Source of the DNA: Neolecta irregularis DAH-3
Lineage: Eukaryota
NCBI GenBank assembly: GCA_001929475.1
Contig: LXFE01002636.1
Span: forward strand, 1 to 64,000
Reading direction: 5' to 3'
DNA: 64,000 nucleotides
The notes under the pieces were generated by a model, which saw only the letters and a list, made by a program, of their open reading frames with translations, was not told where the DNA came from and searched no databases. A program made the position numbers and the translations under genes. Positions 11,374 to 23,972 of the stretch are shown piece after piece (within the stretch, counting starts at the first letter, position 1; every line of letters begins with the position of its first letter).

Positions 11374-13223
11374 TCAAGGGCGGTTAGATGGTATTTCCTG
11401 CTGACTGTTTGTGACAATGCTTTTCCGCAGGTCCCACGAAGGTTTCAGCTGTTCTCTTAGTCGGTCTTTGCTAGAAACCAATTGTGAAGGGACGTTGGAC
11501 AATTTACCAGCGCCATGCTGGATGGCGGCTAAAGATGTGTTAGTACGAGCACTTCGAATGCTGTCGTTGTCTCCAGCGACATCCTGAGTGAGAAAACGTG
11601 GTTTGGGTGCGAAATCTAAAGTTGTAAAGGTTGACGATTTCCGCAGTCCAGATGGCGAAGGAAGATCGGAGAGAGAGGCATAAGATGGCGAAAGGACCAT
11701 TGCTGGAGTTGGCGCGGTAGATTTATTCTCGGTATTGTCACTGGGCTGACGACGACGAGGTGGTGCAAATCCAATTGGTTCAGGGTCGTTTTCCATCTTG
11801 TGGGGTGTTGGCAAGACATTTAATGGTTTTAATGGTTGGACTGGTTTCCTAGCTTGCGGTGAAACTAACCGAGCCTGAGGTGGAGGACCAGTATGATTTG
11901 GATTTGGATTACTCGGGCTTATTATAGCTCTCGGACCGGGCTGATGCGGTCTTGGTAATGGACGATTCGGTTGAGAAGCATTATTGAACTGAGACGGGAC
12001 TTGTGGAACCATTGGAGGCCGGGATTCTGGTACATCTAGATCATCAAAATACTCGCGATAGATGCTTTTGACTCTTTGAGCCTTTTCGTCTTCCTGGTCA
12101 CCACCCACCAGTGGAACTGGAAGAGCATGACCAAGCGGTGACCTGTTGCTCATCTCTCGTGATGGGACTGACAGGGATCTTCGAATACCAGGATGATGAC
12201 GAGGAGCCTGCAAATCAATTGGATCTTCCTCAATATAATGCTGGGGTCGATTGTGGTCTTGTCGAGGGCTAAAATGCGAATCATAATCGGTGGGATATGG
12301 CGGCATTTCGAGATTCTCGGTATGACCTTCGTACATGTCTTGATACTGTTGATGCGGTGATCCGTAGACATGATCATGATGATCATTCTGTTGGTAGTAA
12401 CCGGGAGTAATATTGTGCAGGTGACGATTATTTGGGTCGACTGGAGGGACATATCTCCCTGAAAGCGAAGGCGAATATTCATCTGGGCGACGCGCAGATG
12501 CATAACTCATTCTCGAGCCTGGCTGGCTATGGAGTAGTGGTTTCCTTGTAATATATGGCTCTTCGTAATGGCCGTAGGACTGATGATTATAGTCATGCAG
12601 AGATGAACCATCGCTACGATTGCTGGGAGTAAGAGGCTCTCCATGACTTGATTTTGGAATATGCGTTTGCAAACGATAACGATCTTCCGTGGAAGCAATG
12701 GTCCTTGCCAGAGAATGCGCACTTGACCTCGTCATTTCAGGAGCATTAAGATACGGGACTAGTCCTGCTGAGCCAACTTGAGGATCATCAAACATTGGGC
12801 CGGGAAATGTTGACTTTTCTGTCTCTGTTCTCTTCAACCCAGCCTTCATCGGGTAATTGTTGCCGTAATCCCGCTCATCATTCTTGTCGTTCAAATCCTC
12901 TAGCCGCAAACGATTGATATGTCTCCGGTGGAGAATGATTAGGACGACTACGGCTACAACGAGGGGCAAACTTGCCGATATTCAGCACGGCATTTTCAAG
13001 AAAAATTGGAAAAATACCATGCACAAAGGGCAATTGTGACGTTGGCCCCCAGACCATTATGATCCGTGGGATAAACACAAACGTCGCCGCAGTCCTGACT
13101 CGACCCGGGGGCAACAGAGGAAGAGGCCCTTTTTAAAAGCACACTTGTAGTCGATGCAATCTGGAGGGAACTGGAAGCAGCAGAGCGCCTTACAAGCCCT
13201 CCGAAATAATCCTGTAAAGCCAT
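11374..13223 (-). CDS. Single-pass membrane protein with long Pro-rich cytoplasmic tail (Skg6/Tos2-like, tentative)
   Basis: Short Ser-rich N-terminus with a CxxxCxxP motif, TM segment LPLVVAVVVLIIL followed by HRRHINRLRLED, then a ~510-aa disordered tail. One intron near 12970-13017. Confidence 0.7.
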
Positions 13224-13769
13224 ATGGCGGTAGATTGATTGAAAGGAGAGATTGGTTCTACAACTGGGGGGTTAAACGCTCGGAATGTGAAAAACCCACA
13301 ATTGTTTGAGATGACAGATGCAGATATGCAATGATGCGGGGCAAAAGAACGTCAGTAGTTCGGATTCAGAACTGCTTTGAAGCAAAAGCCGGTTTGCAGC
13401 TGGTCCAGGCTGAACAGGGTGGTGGTTAACTCAAACCACCATAGAAGAAACTCGAAACCCGCACTGTATGCTTATTTGTTTCGTGTTTTGTACCAGTTCA
13501 TCGCATGTACATGATACTCTTCTAGTGTATTTTCATACTGGTCTTTAAGACAAGGGCGTTCGGCTAATGTATGCGCTATTCGTATCCGTTGATGCTTCAG
13601 GTGAAATGTGCTTGCTTGCCCAACTTGACTACTAATCCATCAAAAACATCCATCCTCGTTGTTGGATAATCGCACGAATAGTTTTGCCCTGTAGTACGTT
13701 TGCTGTACCGTACCGCAGCTTCCGTTTGGTCCAGATTGCAACTTCCAATTCGCAATTGCTTGTCTGGTC

Positions 13770-16700
13770 ATGGAAGGAATTCTCGCCTTTGACAACGATA
13801 CATTTGATATTTCTCTTCTCGACCGAACAGTCCAGGCATTCTACCAGGGCTCCGGTGCCGAAGTATATCGCATCTCCCACTCGAATATGGTTGTACTAAC
13901 GACACCATAGCAACAACAGGCCCAGCGCATCTTGACCCAGTTTCAAGAACATCCAGACGCATGGACCCGCGTCGACGCTATTTTGGAAGGCTCTCAAGCT
14001 GCTCAGACGAGATGTATGTCTAGTGTTTGCTGTTTTGCTGTTTTGTTGACTCGTCATCAACAGATATTGCACTCCAGATTCTGGATAAGCTGATTCAGAC
14101 ACGTTGGAAGGTCCTCCCAACAGAACAGAGACAAGGTATTAAAATCTATCCAGATCTGGTTGATTGTGAAAGGCATTAGAAATTATGTTGTCGCTGTTAT
14201 CATCAAGACATCATCAGACGAACAGACCCTCCTTCAGGAGAAAACTTTTATAAACAAGCTAAATCTCACCTTGGTGCAAGTACTCAGACTTCTTCCTTAT
14301 CAAGTTTGCTAAATTCAAGATTCTAAAACAAGAATGGCCTCGCAGTTGGCCGACTTTTATACCAGAGATTGTCAATTCAAGCCGAGCCAGTCTGTCACTA
14401 TGCGAAAATAATCTACGAATCTTGAAGCTTCTCAGGTATTTCCACTGCTAGCAATTTGAGTTGCTTATATTACAGTGAAGAAATCTTTGATTACTCCGCT
14501 GAACAAATGACTCAGTCCAAGACTAAAAACCTCAAAAACCAAATGTGCGGAGAATTCTCGGAAATCTTCCAGTTGTGTTCTGAAGTCCTTGAAAAAGCAC
14601 AAAAGCCTTCTCTCATAAAGGCTACTTTAGAAACACTACTACGATTCCTCAACTGGATCCCGCTTGGTTACATCTTTGAAACCAATATTATTGAAAATCT
14701 TCGAAATAGGGTGGGTCATGAACTTTGTGTACATTCTGATCCTGTAGTTCCTCGAAGTCCCTGAGTTTCGAAATATTACCTTGAAATGCTTGACAGAGAT
14801 AGCCGGTCTTGATGTCAGTCAACAATATGACGATAAGTTTGTTACGATGTTGACACTTGGACTTGCCTCTGTCAATACCATTATCCCCATAAATACCAGT
14901 ATGCAAGAGCCTCAAACGTTTACTCACTCTAGACCTTCAATCCGCATATGAGACTAGTAACTCCAATGACCAGGAATTTGTGCAAAATCTTGCGCTCTTT
15001 CTATCCACTTTTCTCGGAACACACTTGAAGGTTATGATGATAACTCCATATCTTTATTAATCATCCTAGCTTATCGAAACCAAGGTTCCTCGTGATATGG
15101 TTATAAATGCCCATCAGTATCTCGTAAAAATCTCTGAAGTCGACGACCGAGAAATTTTCAAGATATGTCTCGAATACTGGAGTAAACTTGTTTGTGAACT
15201 CTACGAGGAAGTTCAAGCTCTTCCCGTCACCGACATTAATCCAATGTTCAATCTTAGTCTCTCTGGCAGTTTCTCCAATGGGCTTCCCACTGCTGGCGTT
15301 CAGGACAATCCAAACTTGAGAAAATATATATATGCGGAGGTTTTGTCGCGATTGCGGTTAGTCATGATCGAGAAGATGGTCAAACCCGAAGAAGTTTATC
15401 TTTGAGGATTCCTTGTACTGACCATTAGGTGCTGATCGTTGAGAATGACGAAGGCGAGATTGTTCGAGAATTCGTCAAAGAAAGCGATACCATTACGCTT
15501 TACAAGAGTATGCGCGAATGTCTCGTATACTTGACGCACTTGGACGTCAATGACACAGAAATCATCATGTCTGATAAACTTTCAAAACAAGTCGATGGAA
15601 GCGAATGGTCATGGGTCAACTTGAATACCCTTTGCTGGGCAATTGGATCTATCTCAGGAGCGATGAGTACATTGCTCCATATATTCTTATCACTAACAAT
15701 GTAGATGAAGAGACTGAAAAACGATTTTTAGTCACAGTCATCAAAGATCTCTTGGGTCTTTGTGAGATGAAACGAGGAAAAGATAACAAAGCGGTCGTTG
15801 CTTCAAATATCATGTATATCGTTGGCCAGTACCCCAGATTTCTCAAAGCCCATTGGAAATTCCTTAAGACAGTCGTCAACAAGCTTTTCGAATTCATGCA
15901 TGAGCTTCACGAGGGTGCTGGACTTTCTGTATCTGCTAATTGATCATTATAGGTGTACAAGATATGGCTTGCGACACATTTATCAAAATTGCCCAAAAGT
16001 GCAGAAGACACTTTGTTGCTCAACAGACAGGAGAACACGAGCCATTCATCGACGAAATTATTCGCAATTTGGATAAAATTACTAGTGAGCTCCAGCCTTT
16101 GCAAATACATACATTCTACGAGGCGTGCGGGTATATGATTTCTGCTCAACCTCAGAAACCCGTCCAGGAACGTTTGATCGCAAATTTAATGGCTACTCCG
16201 AATGCTTGGGTATGTTCCCTGTATTCAAACCAGTGCTGATTATTAGTGGGATAAAATCATTAGCCAAGCCGGTCAAAATATCGAGGTCCTTAATGAGAAT
16301 GAAACGATCAAAATGATTGGGAATATCATGAAAACCAATGTCTCTGCTTGCACCTCGATCGGGCCATATTTCTATCCCCAGATTGCCAGAATTTACATGG
16401 ATCTCCTTGGTCTCTACAAGGCAGTTGGCGAAATTATCTCCAACACCGTCGCCCAACAAGGTGCTATTGCTACTAAAACACCTAGAGTCCGGGCCCTACG
16501 GACAGTCAGGAAAGAGATTCTCAAGTTGATTGAAACATACGTCAATAAAGCAGATGATTTGGACGCCGTCAATCAGAATTTGATGCCGCCGTTGTTTGAT
16601 GCAGTTCTTGCAGATTATAATCGAAACCTGCCTGATGCTCGAGACGCTGAAGTTCTTAACTGCATGACCACTATTATCGATAGACTTGGGGTATATTTTT

Positions 16701-17643
16701 CTCAAACAACGATCATCTAATCCGCAGCCCATTGTTGTTGAAAAAGTCCCTCTTATTCTCGACGCGATCTTTGAGCCAACTCTCAATATGATAAGCAAAG
16801 ATTTCTCTGAATATCCAGAGCACCGTGCTGAACTCTTTAAAATGCTCCGATCTGTCAATCAAAATTGCTTCCCTGGTATCTTGTTTTTGATGACGTTTTG
16901 TGACAATACAGCTCTCCTTACCTTACCGCAAGCGCAATTCAAGATGTTTTGTGATAGTGTTGTCTGGGCTTTCAAACACGTTTCTCGGGACATCGCTGAG
17001 ACAGGACTCTCGATCGCTTATGAACTTATAGATAATTTTGCGAACAAAACCGACCAAAATACGTCAAATGGCTTCTACTCAATCTATTTCCTTCCATTGC
17101 TTCAAGATATTTTCTTTGTTTTGACTGACACCGATCACAAGTCTGGTATGTACCTTACTAGAATGTAACATTGATTGATAGGATTCAAACTTCAAGCCGC
17201 TGTATTGGCTCGCATGTTCAATATCGTCGAATCTGGACAAGTCCAGGCCCCTCTATTCAACCCTCAAAGTGTCACGGATCCAAATATCACAAATGCTCAT
17301 TTTCTAAGAGAGTATGTAGTAAACCTACTTCGGAATGCCTTTCAACATCTTCAGCCGTATCTCCTCCCTCTGTACTAATTGTTAACCATCCAGGGCTCAA
17401 GTCGAACTTTTTGTTCGAGGTCTCTTCTCATTAAATCAGGACTTGATAAAATTTAAGCAGAATCTCCGAGATTTCTTGGTCCAATTGAAAGAATTCGCCG
17501 GTGAAGATAATGCCGATTTGTACCTTGAAGAAAGAGAGCAAGAGCTCGATGCAGCCCAGAAAGCTGAGCAAGAACGACGGCTGAATATCCCGGGGCTTCT
17601 TAAGCCATCGGAGCTGCCAATGCATATGGAAGAAGAGAATTAA
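13770..17643 (+). CDS. CRM1: Exportin-1
   Basis: [73 protein letters not shown]-terminal PGLLKPSE. Many short introns. Confidence 0.98.
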
Positions 17644-17782
17644 AAGATAGTTTGTCTTGTTATCATTCGATTTTGTTGTTAGACGATGAAATTTGTATAT
17701 CGCTGGTGCAGAAATTTGATTACATTGATACTGAATAAATCACCTTGATTTCTTTTTATATAATTACATGGAATCCAGTTTT

Positions 17783-18521
17783 TCACCAATTCATCGTCTT
17801 GTGTCTCCTTGCTACTTCTTTCTTTATAGCATCCACTACCATAACCTCACCTCCTTTTGGTCCAGGGACAGCCCCTTTGACGAGAATAATATTTAAATTC
17901 GTATCAATTTTGACAACTTGACAGTTGTGGGTTGTAACCTGTTTACCACCCATCCTACCGGGCATTTTCTTTCCTGGATGAACACGACCAGGATCCTAAC
18001 TCGATCAAATCCAGTACAAGAATATAAAATACCTGGCACTGACCGTACGAACCACCAGAACGATGTGATATTGAGACACCATGAGAAGCTCGTAGTCCAT
18101 GGAATCCATGCCGTTTCATAACACCTTGAAATCCTTTTCCTTTTGCCTTGGCTTTTACATCAACATACTCTCCTTCCGTGAACACGCTAGCATTTATGCA
18201 TCTCCCAATTGGAATCAGTCCTTCTGGTCCCTGGACCCGGAATTCTCTGACATAGCTTTTGGGAGCGACTTTGGCTTTGGAAAAATGTCCAAGCATAGGT
18301 CTTGTTACATTTGCTGAATTCCTGGCGCCAGAGCCGACTTGAACGGCATAATATCCTTCTGTACTATGTGTTTTATGTGCCGTTACTTGTGCCCGGTCTA
18401 TTTGGAGGACTGTCACTGGTAGACGCTTTCCAGTGGAATCCCAAACTGCGGTCATCCCTTGCTTGATAGCTATTAGTCCCGAGCGCTCATGAAATAGTTT
18501 TGAAGATTGACGGGCGAGCAT
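17783..18521 (-). CDS. MRPL9: Mitochondrial ribosomal protein uL3m
   Basis: GLIAIKQGMT, KGKGFQGVMKRHGF, ASHGVSISHR, MPGRMGG, VKGAVPGP. One intron near 18000-18035. Confidence 0.93.
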
Positions 18522-18740
18522 TTTTGTGGTGGGCTGGAGGATGTCGATTTGGTGTTTTGCGGTTCAATAAAGATTTTGGATCCAAGTCCGATCATTAGAT
18601 ATGGTTGTGGTATACATGTCTTTTCGATTCAATTAGACAATTAACACTATAAATGAATACAAAGTACGAAGGACGCCATCCTATATGGAAAGGAAAACCA
18701 TATATTGCAACCAAATACCCTTGATAATAAAGAAAAAGTG

Positions 18741-19487
18741 TTAGAAAGAACCGTCATTCGATATACAATCTGCATCCAGTGAGATTTCGAAGTCACTGTC
18801 TCGACAGAACCCAGAGATTGTAGATCGACCATGTATGTGCAAGCCAGCAGGTGCACTTGACGGTCTGTCGAATTCTTCCATTGGGTAATCTTGGTGTCGA
18901 TATATGCGGGGGCGGGGCGGTGTGATATATGCTAATTCACGGTTTATTATAGACATTTCAAACCCAGATAATGTTGTGACTGGATGCAAAGGCTCTAACG
19001 CACATCCTGGGACTTGTGCAATGTTTAATTCGCCGAGTGGAGATCTAGATGGTCGTTTCCGAGAGATGGACGTAGAAGAATGTAACGTAGAATTCTCCTT
19101 GTTTGATTCGTCGCATAAAGGTCCAACGAGTGCTGGTATTTGCATTAGTTCTGTTGGAATCGGTTCTGTATCTTGAAAGACGGCGAATTGTTTTGTAGGC
19201 GAAGATGAGCGGCTGGGTTTTGGGAGTTCTATTGGAACCAATGGAACGCGCTGTTTTAAAGCCACCTTTGGAGATTTACATTGTCTCTTTTGCCTGTGGG
19301 TGTCTTTTGACGGAGATTTGTTAATGTTGATAGAATTTTCATCTCGTAATGATTTCTGAGGAGAAGACGAAGTTGAAGACGATAATGATATTGCTCGCTG
19401 TAATTTCAGCGGTGAAGACGGGCGACGGGTTGGGCTACGCTGTGGAAGCGGATGAGTGTTTTTTGGTGCCAAAGGCAAGCGCGTCAT
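18741..19487 (-). CDS. Acm1-like APC/C-Cdh1 pseudosubstrate inhibitor (putative)
   Basis: Intronless 248-aa disordered ORF with D-box RLPLAPKN, ABBA-like FAVFQD, KEN box, D-box RSPLGELN, YITPPR and many SP/TP sites. Confidence 0.7.
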   Translation of the reverse strand: MTRLPLAPKNTHPLPQRSPTRRPSSPLKLQRAISLSSSTSSSPQKSLRDENSININKSPSKDTHRQKRQCKSPKVALKQRVPLVPIELPKPSRSSSPTKQFAVFQDTEPIPTELMQIPALVGPLCDESNKENSTLHSSTSISRKRPSRSPLGELNIAQVPGCALEPLHPVTTLSGFEMSIINRELAYITPPRPRIYRHQDYPMEEFDRPSSAPAGLHIHGRSTISGFCRDSDFEISLDADCISNDGSF

Positions 19488-19548
19488 GTTTTAAAGATTT
19501 TGAATTCAGATTGTTTTTTGGTGGAGAGTTAGCAATGTCACGTTTACT

Positions 19549-20964
19549 CTAAACTTTACACTTTTGAATCTCGTAAAAAGTCTCTTCGAGTCCTTTGATT
19601 GCTTTATCCAGGAATCCATTTTCCAGATTTGTGACAGTGATGCCCATATGACTAGGCGTGAGAATTGATATATAAACAGCCATTTACCCAATTCGAAAAT
19701 ATCTGGTTGCAGTTTCCTTGTGCAATCCACCAGCAAAAACAATTCCTTTTGATACCAGTTTTGGCAGAATATCAGCAAGATTTACTGACTCGGGCAGCCA
19801 GATGGCAGTCATGCCGTTTGCTGCTTCGTGAGGACTCTTTGTCAATTGTTTCAGTCCCAGTCGTTCGACTGCCGCTTTAACCATCTTAGATGCCGCTTTG
19901 TGGGCTTCGAATCGAGCAGGCATTGAAGTTTCAAGGATCTGTTCCAGTGAGACGTTGAGAGCACAGACAGTTTGGACGTTTGGTGTTGCAAAGTACGCTG
20001 GTTTGCGAGATTCGTAAGATTGCATGACTATAATCAGGATTATCCGAGAAGTCAAACAATACTTGGGAGCCACTTTTTTAACGAAGCATAATACGACGAT
20101 GGAGGTGATCTTCGCTTATGAAAGACATCCTAAAGATCAGTGTAATAAAGTTGATATTAGTTACCATTGCCCGTTCACCAGCCATCAAAATACAAAGACC
20201 AGGCGGTGCACCGAGAGCTTTTTGGGAGGCAGTCAACACAAAATCTATTCCCCATTCTTCAAAAAGCAGTTCTTCGCTGCCAATGCTACATACGCCATCG
20301 ACTACAACAAGAGTTTCGGGAGACACATTTTTAACAAGAGCAGCTATGCCTTTAACATCACTAAGAACACCTGGATATTAGTTGGATGTGGCCATGTATA
20401 TATACCGGTGCTCGTGTCTACATGAGTTATCGTAATGATCTTGTATTTGTTCTGCTTTAACGCACATTCAATTTCTTCAAGCGAAGGTCGAGCTCCAATA
20501 GGCGCCTTCAGTTGTGTAGCTCTGACTCCATATGTCTCGAAACTAAAAATTAGTAACGTCCATCAAATAAAACAGTACCATTCAGCAAAGCTATCCGCAA
20601 AATATCCAGTGTGTAAAACAAGAACATGTTCATCTCTTTCTACTAAATTTCCCGCAACGAAATCCCATCCAAGGGTTCCTGCGACCAATGAAAAGAGAGG
20701 ATTGCAAGAAGAAGAATACCAGATCCTGAAATTATGAATGGCTGCGCAGAAGTCTGGGCAAGAAACACTTTTCTAAGCAGTTCTAATGTCGAACCAAATA
20801 TTTCTACGAATTGAGGAGAAACATGAGACATTGATGGATGTGCGTTTGCTTGAAGAACCTCGTCCGAGAACTCTATTGGACCTGGTCATAAGAATTTTGT
20901 GGGACTGTGAGGTGATACCCGGGATCATTAGAAGAGGATGCGGTTTTTGTGTTGGAGTAGACAT
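19549..20964 (-). CDS. AGX1: Alanine--glyoxylate aminotransferase (class V PLP enzyme)
   Basis: LLMIPGP, HVDTSTG, VVDGVCS, LTASQKALGAPPGL (PLP lysine), YFATP, FRIGHMG. Confidence 0.94.
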
Positions 20965-21137
20965 AGTTTTGATACCGAAATGTTTTAAAAAAGAGATTCG
21001 TGGAATAAAATGTGGAGTAGCTTTTGGTGGTGAACCATTTGAAATCTGGAGAAATCAACCTTCATCAACTGGGTACATCTGAATATCCAGACTTTTCATT
21101 GAAAACCCCACTATTCCAATAAAATATAATCGGTGAT

Positions 21138-21831
21138 ATGCTTATTCTGGTCATCGGTGACCTTCATATTCCCTATCGGGCCGTCGATTTGCCTCAGAAA
21201 GTATTAAAAATCACTTTATATATCTAAGCTGAACACTAACCTTTGACTCTCAGTTCAAAAAGTTATTGGTGCCAGGAAAGATTCAACAGATCTTGTGCAC
21301 AGGAAACGTTACAGATCAAGAAACTAATGAATATTTACGCACAATTGCGGCTGATTTTCAAGCTGTGAAAGGTGATTTCGATGAAGTATGTTTACACCAT
21401 CGTATAGGAGACGATTTAGTTGACCAAGGGGATTAGAATATGAGTTTACCTACTTCGAAAATAATCACGCATGGCCAACTGAGAATTGGCTTTACACACG
21501 GCCACTTGATTATCCCGCAGTGCGATCCGGACGCATTAGCAATTGCAGCACGACAAATGGACGTGGATGTATTCATTTACGGTGGATTACATAAATTTGA
21601 AGCCTACGAATTAGACGGACGGTTCTTTGTGTCTCCTGGTACGGCGACAGGAGCAATGAGTATTCTTGATCCGTGCGTCTATCACTCAGCAATGACTAAC
21701 TTTTTAGGGAGGAGGCGACACCTAGTTTTGTGTTAATGGATATTCAGGGGGCGGTGTTGGTGCTTTATGTTTATCAGTTGATTGATGGGGACGTCAAAGT
21801 GGAAAAGGTCCAGTTTCGAAAGAACATGTAA
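21138..21831 (+). CDS. VPS29: Retromer subunit Vps29
   Basis: [55 protein letters not shown]. Confidence 0.96.
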
Positions 21832-21912
21832 TATATCAAAAATTTCTACAGACTCTATACCATTTTTCGCGCTGCATATACATAATGATAGAAAGAGGCA
21901 TCGACTACCGTA

Positions 21913-22764
21913 TCACTGCAACTCACCAGCAAATTTTCGTCCGATTTTGTAGATATGGGTAGGTCTTTTGAGGATTTTTGTGCGTGGATCAACGATAATG
22001 TTTCGAAATGCCAGGGCATTGTCGTAGATCGTCGGAATCAAGGAATCAGAAACGAGATCCAGTATTGAATCACCTTGAGTTTGTAAAGGGATTCTGGGGT
22101 TCCGTTCTACTTGACGATGTATGTGGAGTTTCTGCAAAGAAGGATGCAGGCAAGTGACTCTTGTGCCAAAAGTGGCCTTTCTGGAGATGCGGTTGATTCG
22201 TGGTTCGGGTTGACCTTGAAAGAATGGTTCATATGGGCTGGTTAATTCTTGAGGGTGAGATGGTTCATGAACTAGAGCAAGAGTTGACGAAGGTGCTAAC
22301 TCAGAAGAACTTTCTGAAGTCGATATCTGAAGAATTTCATTCTCTTGAGTGGTTAATGGTAATTTTGCAGGCGATGTCTCTCTTTCTTCTTCCGAGTCAT
22401 CTACCACCAACCGTCTTCTCTTTCTTGACCGGGACGGTTTAGGAGAAGGTGAATGAACGAGAGCAGACTGATCTGGCAGCTGAGACTGAGACGAAGCAGG
22501 ACGAGGAGTGGAAAAAGCAAGCAATTTCAACATGTCGCCCAAATAAATACGTGCCGGCAATTCTATGAAATCTTCGGGATGTGAGTCTGAACCAGGTGAA
22601 GAACCAGGACGCATCGTAATAACTGGATCAGGCGGGTTAACATCTATAAAGCGACGGGCTCTGTTTTCCACATTAAGTTTCAGTTTGCTGGCACCTTTTT
22701 TGACTACCTGAGGCCCCATAGGCCTGCATGACTTTTGAGCGGGAGCGGATAAGGACCGCGACAT
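21913..22764 (-). CDS. Uncharacterised Ser/Pro-rich protein; an upstream exon is likely
   Basis: 283-aa ORF with basic cluster RSRKRRR. A branch/acceptor-like sequence lies just before the ATG. Confidence 0.55.
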   Translation of the reverse strand: MSRSLSAPAQKSCRPMGPQVVKKGASKLKLNVENRARRFIDVNPPDPVITMRPGSSPGSDSHPEDFIELPARIYLGDMLKLLAFSTPRPASSQSQLPDQSALVHSPSPKPSRSRKRRRLVVDDSEEERETSPAKLPLTTQENEILQISTSESSSELAPSSTLALVHEPSHPQELTSPYEPFFQGQPEPRINRISRKATFGTRVTCLHPSLQKLHIHRQVERNPRIPLQTQGDSILDLVSDSLIPTIYDNALAFRNIIVDPRTKILKRPTHIYKIGRKFAGELQ

Positions 22765-23378
22765 CTTTTTCGATCAGCAAGCAGAATAAATACAGGATAA
22801 GAAAGAAAAAAGAGGCAAAAAGATGGAGATTGCCGCTCAGGGGGAGGAAAGATTTCAAGTGTCCCCGGTATTTGTATTATATCGACCCACGCCTTTAGAT
22901 CTGCGCAACGAGACTCGGTCGAGCAGACTCCGTTCGGGGGACGAGCACGCAAAAACCAGCAAAATGGCGGTTATGTTTCGTGCTTGAATCTTTTGCCTGT
23001 GGGAGCAGGCAAGTAATTTTCACGGGTACATCAGCCCTTTTACCAAACATCACAGCAGCAGGAGGAAAAAAGAAAGAAAAAAACCAACTGCGGTACAATT
23101 ATGAATGATTATTATGAATAACAGTGAATTGGGAGAGAAATTCGACGTTTTGGTGGAGTCCGAGTTTAATTCTGGTTGGCATTCACAATCAAAGACTCCA
23201 CCTCAAAGTACCCCACCAGATCAATACAGTATCCTCAATTGAGTACTGTGCAGTACTCAAAGTACTCGTTCCGCCTTGAGTACTCGTTCCGCCAAAGTGC
23301 TGCTCATCCCCATCTCATACTTGATCCCACTGCGATCATATTCATTCTATTCCCTGCTTTATCTTTAAACACCTCCAC

Positions 23379-23864
23379 ATGTCCTCCCAACCACTTTTGC
23401 AGTCTGCTCCAGGCAAACGCGTTGCTCTGCCTGTCCGTGTAGAACCAAAAGGTTTCTCTAGACTTTTGCTTGTCTCCTCATAATTCCAGTATTCTTCGCC
23501 AACGAACGCACATTCCTCTCCTGGCTAAACTTCTCCGTCGTCCTCGGCGGTCTTGCTATTGGCCTGCTCAATTTTGGTGACCGCATCGCCCGCATCTCGG
23601 CTGCTCTTTTCACTTTTGTTGGTGTGTTTTTCCTCGGATATCTTGCTGATTACTTGTTGCAGCCATGGCAATCATGATATACGCCCTCGCCACCTTTCAC
23701 TGGCGGGCAAATGCGATCAGGAAGCGCGGATCAGGCCCGTACGACGACCGCTTCGGTCCTACTGTCCTGTGTGTTTTTTTGCTGTGTACATTCTGCTTCC
23801 CAGCCTCGCTGACTCTACAGCTGCTGTCGTTGTCAATTTTGCCTTGAGGATGCTCAGTCCATAA
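23379..23864 (+). CDS. VTC1: Vacuolar transporter chaperone 1 (polyphosphate synthesis complex)
   Basis: [37 protein letters not shown]...[13 protein letters not shown]. Three introns. Confidence 0.95.
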
Positions 23865-23972
23865 TTACTTGTAATTGCATATTCAGCGGATTTTTATCTT
23901 GTTACGTTAATACAAATACAGTTATAACTTGATGCCCCAGCCATGCCCCTGCAATCCTATTGCCATGCCACT

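Noticed and set aside
23030-23050. U5 snRNA loop-1-like GCCCTTTTAC
   Set aside because: It has an extra C relative to the invariant loop and no closing stem.
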